The notes below the pieces were generated by a model. The model saw only the letters and a list, made by a program, of their open reading frames with translations. It was not told the origin of the DNA and searched no databases. Below are positions 1-13,181 of a stretch of DNA of 64,000 bases, piece by piece. Each line of letters begins with the position of its first letter. Within the stretch, counting starts at the first letter, position 1. The translations under genes and the position numbers were made by a program. Origin of the DNA: Eledone cirrhosa (lineage: Eukaryota); NCBI GenBank assembly GCA_964016885.1, contig OZ024743.1:303924001-303988000 (forward strand). Reading direction: 5' to 3'.

Positions 1-430
1 AGGAGACGGCAAAAGGCCAGATGGCATGACCATATTCCCGTACCGCAATGGCGAACCCCTTGTCTTGCACCGACACTTTCTGCAGCCGCAACCTTGTGCA
101 GGCTGCGACTAACCCAGGGTTCTGCTGCATGTCGTACTGAGGAGGCAAAACTCTTCAAATACCGGTCGCTCTCCGACAGGTTGCGGTGGTACCCTTGGCA
201 CTGGAGACTTCTGGTGTCCTCCGCCCTAAGGCTACGTCCCTACTCACCACCATAGCCGCTGAGCTGGCCAGCGGCAGGTGTAAGCCGCGCATATTGGAGT
301 GGCTCTTCCAGGGTTTCTCCCTTGCCCTCCTCCGGGGAAACGCCTTCTTTATTCTGTCCGCGGGGCTGTGCGGAGTCAAGCCGATTATATTACGAGTTCT
401 GTTAAATAGTCTTAAATTGCTATTTCTCTT
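1..430 (+). mobile_element. 3' end of a CRE-type non-LTR retrotransposon (restriction-like endonuclease domain), frameshifted
   Basis: The frame from base 2 reads GDGKRPDGMTIFPYRNGEPLV. ORF 186-434 continues VPLALETSGVL...LFQGFSLALLRGNA. This matches the RPDG...W/LD...PLAxETxG...SxAxxRGNA signature of the CRE-clade RLE domain. Confidence 0.75.
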
Positions 431-1111
431 TTAGACATTATGGTTTTTAAGCACCTGATAGCCTGGGGGACCAAAGTTGAGATATAATAGCATGCTTAGA
501 TCTCTGTAACTGGATGCATGGAGAAAGATTTATTGAAAACGAAAGCGAAAGCTTACTAAAATTGACCACCATTGTATTAAACGGAGAAGCGGATTGCGTT
601 AAGTAACTAATACGATAACACTGGAAAGAGCTGAAATAAACAACATATCATGTTTTCTGTAATAAATCCGGTACGTCCATCGACAGCAAAAAGAAGAAAA
701 TCAAATGGGATTTTTTGACAAATTGAAATATTACCGCAGACAGAGAAATAGATAGCGCAAATACCAAGCCGTTAACACTTCACACCACCGCATAAATAAT
801 CGAAATACACGCGAAGAAATGTTAAAAATTTGTGATACAAACAATTAAAACAAGGATGTGTCACACACAGAAGGGAATAAGTATCAGTCATTGTCGAGTT
901 ATATAAAATATTCGGAATAGGACTTTAAAGAAATAACAATTCTTCATTATTATTGTCTAATATTTGAATGTACAACATCCTGGATTGTTTTGTTTCTGAT
1001 TCCATATGGAATTAGCTAAATTAGCTAAATTGATTAATTTTCATTACTGATTGTTGAACCACATTAAGTTTGAAAATTTGTTGGCATGATCTTTCAACCT
1101 TTTTGATCTTG

Positions 1112-1112
<1 letters not shown>

Positions 1113-1181
<69 letters not shown>
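1113..1181. repeat. (TA)n microsatellite
   Basis: Directly visible. Confidence 0.97.
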
Positions 1182-1184
<3 letters not shown>

Positions 1185-1227
1185 GAACATTATAATAAAT
1201 GTTCGGTAAATATGTGTGCATGTACGT

Positions 1228-1757
1228 ATATATATACATACTACTGTACGTCTGTATACATATATGTATGCACGTATACATATTTATATTTAAGTAACAG
1301 CCGTACTAAGAGTGAGAAATGAAATTTCGTTTCATTTTTTCCATTTATCGTTTTCGGTGCGCCCGGCCGATTAACTCACTCGATATGCAAATTAGGCTAC
1401 TCAGCCGTTAATATGCATAAGGAAAGTATATACTTTCAGACGTTCAATCATCTGGCAGGAAGGTATACGGTCCTGACGATAGCTAATAAGCTTGAAACTA
1501 GTACATCGTTCCTTTGTTAGTGTTGATCAAAAGGGCAACGATGGTGCGGTTTAATTCGGGATGTTTGTAAATGGTGCGGCTTAATTCGGGATGTTTGTAA
1601 ATCCATACGTACATATATATATGTATGCATGTATGTATATATATACATACTACTGTACGTCTGTATACATATATGTATGTACGTATACATACTTATATTT
1701 AAGTAACAGCAGTACTAAGAGTGAGAAATGAAATTTCGTTTCATATTTTCCATTTAT
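1228..1757 (+). repeat. About 120-bp direct repeat pair (approx. 1228-1348 and 1638-1757) enclosing a hammerhead-like motif and a 2x30-bp tandem (1541-1602); Penelope-like remnant
   Basis: atatacatactactgtacgtctgtatacat...agtgagaaatgaaatttcgtttcat occurs twice. atggtgcggYttaattcgggatgtttgtaa occurs twice in tandem. Confidence 0.7.
1457..1513 (+). ncRNA. Minimal type I hammerhead ribozyme-like motif (Penelope/retrozyme style)
   Basis: CTGACGA at 1473-1479, stem II AGC-taataa-GCT, GAAA at 1494-1497, palindromic stem III ACTAGT and a GTA triplet. Stem I is acggt/atcgt plus aggaa/ttcct, with a C-C mismatch at the first pair. Confidence 0.6.
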
Positions 1758-3277
1758 ATATATATATATATCAAGAGTTGATCGCCAAGATCCCAGAGCT
1801 AGAGCGAAAAATAGAATCATGAATACCAAATATAAAATAAATCATCAATATTTCACTAATTAAATAGTTTGATTATAATAAAGGCAATGAGCTGGGCGGA
1901 TACTGAAATTAATATAAGTACTATAAATGATTCCGTAAATGACTGCAACGATATCTAGTGAAATATACGAAAAGTCTAATACGAAAAGTAACAACACGAA
2001 ACAACGTACTTTTCTTTTGCTCACATAAAATAAAATAAAATGAAAAATGAGAACTCTAAAATTATACAAAATATAAACACGAAGTTGCTTTAGGACTCAA
2101 TTACCTAGTAAAATGCGAAGTTGAAACTAACGTGTAAAAATAAAATTCAGTACATTCCATGTAACTGTGTAGAATGGATATGTGAAATAGCAAAGTTGCC
2201 AAAATAACCACTATGGAAATATTATGCCCTCATATCAATCTCCTATATTTATATAACAAGTTATTCTGTACACATATGCCAATCAATAACACAATCATCT
2301 GGTTTTGATCATATGAACAAATCATAACAAATATCTTCACATATTCTACATACATTTAATTTTTCTGTGATATTTGATTATCTGCCTTGATTAACACAAT
2401 AACTATACATTAAGAAACCTAGAATTTCTTTTAGGACCAGAAAATATCTATCATATGAATATTTATGAACAGTATTTAGTGCCAAACACAACCAGTATAT
2501 GTGAACATATCTCTTCATACATCTGCGTCTGCATTCAAATATATCAAACTGTTCTTGTTTTTCAAACCGTTCTTGTTTTCCCCATTTTTGCAGCTGTATT
2601 CCCTGCATGAAATAGTGTAAAATCTCCTAGTTGAAGAAAGTACTTACACACCTGATGCATTAATTGTAGATATGGAAGTCTGAAAATGCAGAGTGAGATT
2701 TGTCTTGTTCTTACCATAATATCATCTTATACCTTATTCAACAACTAGCTGTGTCTACACGCCTGACCGTCTGCATGCCAATTACTGCATTTAAATTGTC
2801 ATACATACATTCTATGTCCGTGAAACTCTAAATCAATTAACTTCAGTGTATCAACATTATGTGTAGATTAGTTAATACTATAGATATTGTGATTCAGATT
2901 CTGAAGAAATGAGGAAAATAACACGAAACCCGTGCGAAGCCTAAGATTCGTTAGAATCATTACGATATAATGTAAGATAAGATTAATAGTGCAACATAAA
3001 ATTATAAGAAATGGAAAAACAACAAATTAAAAACAATAACGGCTTATTCAGACACATAAGCACGGAACTTATTAAATCTCTTGCCTACGTTTAACGTAGG
3101 AAATTTAGAATGTCCTCTAATACACACCCACTCAAATATGAAAAACGAAATATAGTTCTTATATGAGATTCTGTAAGACCGGACAATATCAAATTCATTG
3201 CGTTTTGTGTCGCATACCATGCTGAATAAAACGAGCACCACGAAACACTATTACAACTTATGCATTGTTAGTTAGCT

Positions 3278-4552
3278 GGTCCCAGATTTACTTACTCCAG
3301 TAAGCACCACCAGATCCCAACTACTAAATTTAATAAAAATAAAATATAGTTGAATTTTTCATACAATTTATTTTTGTGAGAATTATCTCTCACTACATTT
3401 GAAGTAATAACTGAGGCATAAGACGGTTCTCAAAACTAGTATCAAAATAAATTGCGTTTATTGTAGTCCGTGTATTAGAAATGGGGTAAACAAATGTGCC
3501 TCGTGGCATGACAAGGTATATAAATTACAATGGTTTACAACAGAAGCAAAGTATGAAACACGCATGCAGAAAAATGTAACTGAAACAATACAAAACAGTA
3601 CAAAGGAGCAGGGAAAATAGTGCTCAAAATAAGTTCAAAATGTTTCAAGTCAAATAGTTAATGCTACTAGGGGTTAGATGTATATTGTTTTTGATAGTTT
3701 ACGTGGCCATATTACTGTTCTCTGCCACTTCGTGTGACATAAAGTTGTGTGGTATGTCGTGTTTGCGGTGAATATGAAGGTGTTGCTGTGGCAGTGTACG
3801 TGCGAGGTATGTCAGGCAATGATGTTAGACTTTCAGAAAAAGCCTTCTTTGCTCTGTCAACGGATATTATCTCTTTTCGACCATTGAGAATCACTGTAAA
3901 GTGTTTGGTGCGTGCGAAAGCACACGAAAAGGTCCTTTATAGGGTGACGTAAGTGGTCGCTTGACGGAATCATTCCGTATAAAAATATGTCTCCACGTAG
4001 AGATGTCCGATGGGACAGCAGAAGAAATAGACTGGGCACGAGGGTTCATTGGTGGAAGATCCGAGAAATACGAACGAATCCTGGTAACATATGATGCTGG
4101 GTCAAGATGCGATGAATCCACTGGTGCTACCATTTGTCTAGGAAGAGTCTATGTGGAACTATAAAGAAGTTCAGCAGAAGAAAAACCCAAATCTGTATTA
4201 ATGGCAGAACGACAACCAAGAAGCACAATTGGCAAAAAATTCGGTCCCAGTGTTACTTACACCAGAAAGCACCACCGGATCCCAACTACTAAACTTTTAT
4301 TAAAGTGAAAGCAATTTCATTAGATTACATGCTTACATCTTGTCATGAAAAACAAAAGATACAACACCATCGACACTATTGAATATTTGATAATTATCAA
4401 ATATTCAATAGTGTAAAACAGCATAATGTGTCCAAAATATATCAACACATTAGCTAATATTGATTTAGTGTGTATTTATAGTTGACAATTTTTTTAATAA
4501 TAGTCATGATATTTACAAGGGTCAGATCTTTTTATATATATTAATCACTACA
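3278..4552 (-). mobile_element. Gypsy-type LTR retrotransposon remnant: integrase C-terminus (3712-4235) between LTR-like repeats (3278-3397 and 4243-4552)
   Basis: Minus-strand ORFs read HIFIRNDSVKRPLTSPYKGPFRV...ILNGRKEIISVDRAK...YVTRSGR (GPY/F module). The flanks share ggtcccag..ttacttac.ccag.aagcaccacc.gatcccaactactaaa, and both begin TGTAGTGA on the minus strand. Confidence 0.75.
4373..4414. repeat. Perfect 42-bp palindrome
   Basis: acactattgaatatttgataa|ttatcaaatattcaatagtgt. Confidence 0.95.
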
Positions 4553-4664
4553 AAAAGAGGGAATCGTTCGCTACGAGTGAAACGTTTGACATACATTGAA
4601 GATATTTATTAGTTATAAAAATATTTTGCCAATTCAAAATATGAAATTCTGAAGCCAAATATTT

Positions 4665-4855
4665 ATAATAATTGTTTCTACATTTGGCACAGGGCCAGCA
4701 ATTACCCAGTGCATTACTGGTACTTTATGTTATCGACCCCGTAAGGATGAAACGCAAAGAAAACCTCGACGGGATTTGAACCCCGACCGTAAAGGGACAT
4801 AATTATGCTGGAAAGCATGGCGTCCAACCCTCTACCGATACTGCCAATCCACCCC
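4665..4855 (-). mobile_element. tRNA-derived SINE (Meta-domain-like core, cephalopod-type)
   Basis: Minus strand has A box TGGCAGTATCGG, B box GGTTCAAATCC, core tttcatccttacggggtcgataa..taaagtaccag and tail tgtgccaaatgtagaaacaattatta. The element is multi-copy in this window. Confidence 0.85.
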
Positions 4856-5639
4856 AAATATTTATAATAATACCAAGTTAACATGGGAAGATAAAAGATA
4901 CAAATTACTCCGTCGTCACTCACCTCACTATTCATGTAATGTAGATATGCATGTATGTATGCATGTATGTATATATGTATGTATGTATGTATACATATAT
5001 ATATTCTCCTAAATTATTAGAATTGCGTGACTCTACGTATAAAATTGGGAATTGTTAGCATTACTATCACCGGGAGCAAAATTTCTACGGCACATGGACT
5101 TACGTTCTAAGTTAAAATCATAGAGCGAGTTTGGGATTCATATAAAATATGGTGAGATATTATATGAAATGAATATGAAGCTATTCCTTTTCTAGATGGC
5201 AGTATCAGTTCAATTCGATCTATTTAAACAATTCGCAGCCTTCAACTTAGCTGCAAAGTATAAAGCCTTATGACTATACTTAGAAGTATATTCAATTAAA
5301 TCCTGGTTTTATGAATAATTTTTGAGAACATTTCATTGCATATATAAATTCAAGATTCAAACTTTTTCGAAGCATGAATTTAAAAGTCTAAACCCCTTTT
5401 CAATATATTTGAAGAAAAATACCATTGGAACAAGAAAAATAGTATATAAGCATGTGCACAAATGTACACAGCATCTATCTACATATACATAAATACATCC
5501 TTACGTAAATATAATAAGACATACGTAATAACATACATGCGTACATAGATATATATATACACCCTAAAGTTGTAACTACGTGTACCTACACATAATATGC
5601 CATGACAATCACGCACACACATACAGGCCCACACAGACA

Positions 5640-7445
<1,806 letters not shown>

Positions 7446-8419
7446 GTCTATATGTATCGTATGTGGACGGCTGTGTGCTTTTGTGCGGGTGTATTTATAT
7501 AAGTGTTGTATATACGTTCGTGCTTCTGGCCATGTGTTTGTATGTGTAGTTTACTAAGTTACTTCCATTTCAATATGTATCGTGCTATCCAGAAATCGTA
7601 TTAAATTAGAAGAAAATCTTGAAATATGGTCATAGGAACATCTAGTATAAAATAAATTCAGGAATAAAGAAGTGCATTTGTCACGGAATGTGTTAGGTTT
7701 GACTATCCCATTCAATATAACACAATATTTATCACACATTGCAATACATCTGCATCCACTGTACAATGCAAAGCAGCGATACTACTAACCGTACTCGGTC
7801 AAATGCTAGAAATAAATCGACTCCCTTTGTTTGTCATATAACATGCCGTAGCGAAATGGGTTTGGAAGTTCATAGATTAGCTGCTCGTCCTATTCATTAC
7901 TAAGACAAATTGTTGATAATCTCGAAATAGAACTACACTATTGTCAAACCTGTCAGCATTACGATATATTACGAACAACATTAAAGCAGAGTAATTATTT
8001 ATTGTACTCAGCCTGTATGAAGACAACCATAATTTGAATTGCTAAAACGATGATTTACGTTAAGCATATCTCTATGGCTTTTAGTGAAGATTTAAATGAG
8101 TTACACATTCTCATTATTTATTTGCTTCACAGAGACATGCCAAATATCTCGTGCTACCTTTGGGGACTAAATTTGGTTCAACACATATTTGGAAATTGCT
8201 GTCAAATGCCCTTACTTGTATTATAGAACGGATGGCTTACGATGGAGAATAAGCTATTTTTCAAGTACGTATTTATATTATTAATAAAACACAATAACAA
8301 AAGCTGTCATGGCAACAACAACCACCTGTGCCGCCGCCACCACAACCACTACCACTACCACTACCACTACTACTACTACTACTACCAAAATGTTAATAAG
8401 AGTTATTATTTATTTATTG

Positions 8420-8590
8420 GTCGGTGGATTGGCAGTATCGGTAGAGGGTCGGACGCCATGCTTTACAATCTGAGTTCAAATCCCGCCGAGGTTCACTTTG
8501 CCTTTCATCCTTACGGGGTCGATAAAATAAAGTACCAGTAATGCACTGGGTAATTGCTGGCCTTGTGCCTAAAGTAGAAACAATTATTTA
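8420..8590 (+). mobile_element. tRNA-derived SINE (same family as 4665-4855), small internal deletion
   Basis: ggtggattggcagtatcggtagagggtcggacg...gagttcaaatcccgccgagg...cctttcatccttacggggtcgataaaataaagtaccag...tgtgcctaaagtagaaacaattatt. Confidence 0.85.
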
Positions 8591-10389
8591 TGTATTGGTC
8601 ACTAGGGCCGAAAGAGCTAGCAATACAGCGAGGTTGAAGATATATATAAATGCGCGTAAACAAGGAAAACACGTTAGAATAAACAATAAAATGTTTAACT
8701 ACAAAATTACCCATTAGGAAGAGAATTAACTAGGGTAATTTAGGAATACCATAGATACGAATGTACCCTAATCACTAAGAGCATCATCGGGAGGTGCACT
8801 TGTTTTTTAAAAATTATTCAACCCCCCGACGCATGCCCAGGATATGCCCATTCATTCTGGACATCCAAGTGACATTCACCCGCATTTTTAACAAATACAC
8901 TGTAGGCAGCATTTCCCTCTCCACCCAAAACTACCCTTCCAAGTTGATGTTGAATAAGGTATGATTGCTTGAGGAAAGTGTCTGTCTTCAGTATTTTCAG
9001 CCGGTCTCTCTGCATATCATCTCTCCCTACAGCCAAAAGACAGTGCAAAACTGCGTACCATTCCGAGCGAAAAGAAAGCCAAGTGGTGATCTTCAAGATG
9101 GTGTATGTCGATAGCCGGATCCTGCCTGCACGCGGTAATATCTGTCCGGCAAGAATCCGCATCTCAGCAATAGCTGGGTTCAGGAAGAATGCGGTTACAT
9201 CACTCTGTGCCTGTAGAGTTTGTTTACGACGGGCACTACGCCCCCCCCCCTTCCTTGATAGCTCTGCCAGGAAAAGGATCTCCGGAAAGTTTCCATAGTT
9301 TCCGGCTCGAAAGTACTCCCAAACAGACTAGCATATACATAGGTTTAACCAACGAATTCCGCATTATATGCAGAGTCATTCCAGCCGATGTTGTCTATTT
9401 ACAATGCGGAAATGAGCATGTACAGAAAAATGTTCATCCCGCCAAGGCTATATAGACTCTCATTGAATCTGAAATGTTTACTGGTTTAGCGAATGTCACT
9501 GACGGTAGATTAACGAATCTTCAAACAGCTCTGACATTTTCCACTGTTATTGATAAAATATGTGACGTGTCCACAAATTGAAAGAGAAAAATCATTGTTT
9601 TCATCATGAACAAATGTTGATTTTAGTTAGTTTGTCTACCATATAGTATGCACATTCATACACACCCTAATTATGTTGAATATCGCCCATAATTATTGCT
9701 AGCCAGATCCAGATTATATGCAAATGAGCATATACAGCCGATGGTTTCTCTTTGCTTTACGAAAATGAATATATCTAAGAAATGTTCAACATGCAGTATC
9801 CATAAATACTCTAGACAATGTCTCTATTAGTACATAGTGAACACATTTGTTAATCAGTTGTTTGGAAGACAGCATTATCTTTCTTCGGGTGGAACCTGTG
9901 TGTCATCCAACTAAACTACAACACAAGAGACATTGGAATAATTTGTAACAATTTACCTGAAATACACACAGAAATATCAAGGAATTTCCTCGACTTTCAT
10001 TACTTTCAGGCCGAGAGACATCTACACCACCATCATTCTCTTTTCTAGAAAGACCCAGTGCCACTCTGATTTTCGCACATGAAACCAATTATTATAAAAA
10101 TTATTACAAACATTTTAATCGACCTTCTCTATTGGGACCGATTTGAAAATCCCAAACTCTACACTCAGAAACATCGCAGAGTATATTTTATCATCTGAAT
10201 GATGTGGACATTATTCCATCAGCAATGCCTAAATGATGTTGGAATCAACTTTAAAATACACGCAAGTGTTGGTCCTCGTGCTATCCGCGCACTAAGAACA
10301 ATTAAACTCGTATCTCATAACAAAATTATGGTACAAATATTTCACATTTATTCCCGCTCTTTTTGATATAATACAAACGATGAAAATAC

Positions 10390-10680
10390 ATATTCGGTCA
10401 TGAGTGTCCAAGGGAATTGCACCTAGAAAGTTGCCACGGTTGATTGTGGAAGACCAATAATCGCAAAAGTATACCGGTCTCCTTTCTCAACGCCACCGAT
10501 GTTATGTAATGGAAATGCAGCTTGAAACCAGTGAAGTGAGATCGCAGCACATTTCTAAAACTGAATGAACTGGAGCAACGTGTAACAACGGGTAATTAGC
10601 TAAAAAAACACAACAGAAAGCCCGCTCGGAGAAACGAACTTACAACTTCACGTTGTAGGCCCGACGCTTAATTCAATGAA
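10390..10680 (-). mobile_element. Degenerate SINE of a second family (CORE-like cephalopod SINE)
   Basis: aactggagcaacgtg...acacaac..cccgctcggagaaacgaacttacaac resembles the reverse complement of a tRNA head (GTTCG B box) plus core. It is diverged. Confidence 0.5.
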
Positions 10681-10887
10681 ATTCGGTACTCCCAGATATT
10701 TGTACGAAAACATTGTTACATTTCTAGACTGGCCATGTGTCCAAAACATGGATCAGGAGTGAACCATGATCTGAAAATATCTGCAAGGGGTGCTATTAAA
10801 CTAGATATGTTATAGGCCAAACTGTCCGAAATCTTTCAAATGATTTAAACTTACATATATATTTATATATACATACTAACACTTAAA

Positions 10888-10906
10888 TATCTATCTATCT
10901 ATATAT

Positions 10907-10954
<48 letters not shown>

Positions 10955-11021
10955 ATATCTATCTATCTATCTATCAATCTATCTATCTACTTATCTATCT
11001 ATCTATCTCTCTCTCTCTCTA
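10888..11021. repeat. (TATC)n then (TC)n microsatellite flanking the Tx1-like element
   Basis: Directly visible. Confidence 0.95.
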
Positions 11022-11240
11022 TCAGACGTGTGTAACTTCGCGGAGAAGTTTCCGTTAATTTATGTAAGAAAGAAACGTGAGTTTTTAGTTAAATTTTATA
11101 TGATTATGTAACTTGACCACCCGTCTGAACCTTCAGGTGGTGGGTCAACTCATTTTCGCCCCTACAGGGGCGGAATATCTATTTAAAAAATTTTTCTCCA
11201 TCGAATCTTGGAAAAAATATTGTAAAATTTTGATTACTTT

Positions 11241-12369
11241 ATGACCGCTGCGTCCAACGATAATGCTGGTGGAGAGGCGGTAAGACTACAAAGCTCGCAG
11301 TCAACAACGTCTTCTTCACTAGATACTATAGAGATGGAAAGACAAAATGAAAATGTAAAAACGAATTCATATTCAAACAACACAAATGACACCAAACAAT
11401 TCAATGACAACAAAAATAACAGCAACACCAATAATGATGATAAAAGCAACAATGATAACAACAACAAAGAAAAAAATAAAGACAACACCAATAAGACCAG
11501 CATCAAAGACAACAACAACACCAAGGAAAATACGGATAATACCAACATCGGTGACAACAAGAATAACAACAACAATAACAACAATAATGACAACACCACC
11601 AATACGGATTCCACAAAGAAACCAAAAATCTCCTTTGCGGAGAAAGTTCAAAAGAAGGAAGAATTGATATATCTCGACATAACAAATGCTGAACAACTTT
11701 TAAAGGACGCTAAAAGATATGTCACTTTCGAAAAAAATGGTGCTTTCAGCATCAATTCTCCGGTAGAAATTCGCAAGGAAACTGCTCTCAAAACGATAGT
11801 TTTTAGGACAGTTTCCAATTCTACCCGAAACCCAGTCCAATTGTCACAGAAAGAAATTGACTGGCTTTCAAAAATTCAATGAATGATATTGCATTCATTC
11901 AGAGAAGCAAATTTTTGGGAGTATTTCGGTACTCATGAAGGATCAATTGACGGCCCAAAATTACTCTGTGTCGCCAATTGTATCCAACCTGTACACCTGT
12001 TTCGCTACATACATGGGAAAAAGGACACAAAAGATCAGAATCACAAGTGTCACACCAAAGGAGAACATATGGTGGATACTGTGCGGCTTCATCAATTTTG
12101 ATGAAGACAGAATACTGTCAGTAGGAAAGTACCCCAGAGATGTATTCAATGGGACTAGCATTGAAGTTCTGGTGCAAATGAGCACAGAGCGAATAGCTAT
12201 GATCCCACAGCGTGTACTCCTGGACGGTCTCACCTACATAAACTTTTCGGTTGATGGTAGGCGGCCTTCATGTTACCATTGCTTTAGCAGGGGTCACCTG
12301 AGGGCTTCCTGTCCTAAATTAATGAACCAAAAAAAGGCTCTTCTGCCGACACCCATCAAAACAACATAA
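11241..12369 (+). pseudogene. Tx1-like ORF1 (gag-like, CCHC zinc knuckle), disrupted; Thr/Pro/Lys-rich tail continues to about 13185
   Basis: ORFs 11241-11882 and 11935-12369; VDGRRPSCYHCFSRGHLRASCP. Confidence 0.8.
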
Positions 12370-13181
12370 CCACCAACACCACCACAACAACACCAACACA
12401 CGAAAATAACCACAACAAACACAGTCCCACACAACCCCACTCCACCTAAAACCACTGCAAAATCACATACAGACACAACAGCTCCCCAAGACATACCCCT
12501 CCTCAATCACACAGACGATACAACAGATGAGGCTATCTCGCCATCACCCAGTGAAGACGAGGGAGAACCCCATCGCTCGAAAAGAAAGAAAAGACATCAC
12601 AAAAGCAAAAAACCAGCAAACACTACCACAAACATACAGCCACCAACACAAACAACAAAAACATCACAAACAAAACCCCCACCTCCTGAAAACAAAATAC
12701 CTACAACAAAACGAAAGCACACACAAGAACTACAGACAAAAACAAACACAACACAAGAAAATTACACTTACACTTACATAAACACTGAAAACAAAACACT
12801 AATGGAGACCATCACGAACGACCCTTCGGTGAAAACCGAAGAGAAAACTTTCGCCCACTCTATAAAAAACAGCAAAAAACTGAACCTAAAACTGATTAGG
12901 GTCCCTATACAAACTTATAGGTCCCTAAAAGAAACATTTGAGAAGGATGTGGGGAATTCCTGCGTGAAACCATTCAACCGCGTCCTTCTCAAATGTCTCA
13001 CCATCCCAGACAACCCCATCCCACCAGACCCCACCCCACCAAACATCTGCGTCCCCACCCCGCCGAAAACCACCACCCATCCAGACAACCCCTCCAACAC
13101 CGCCAAGGAAATCGTGCGGCCTGGTCCCCAGGAGCGAAGGGTGAGTGATCTCTTTTTCTCTTTTAACTTTTCAGCACCAAC

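Noticed and set aside
3408-3455. ctgag...caaaactagta, vaguely hammerhead-like
   Set aside because: Both core boxes are broken and there is no stem I.
4760-4855. tRNA gene
   Set aside because: The A and B boxes belong to a multi-copy SINE head, and there is no cloverleaf.
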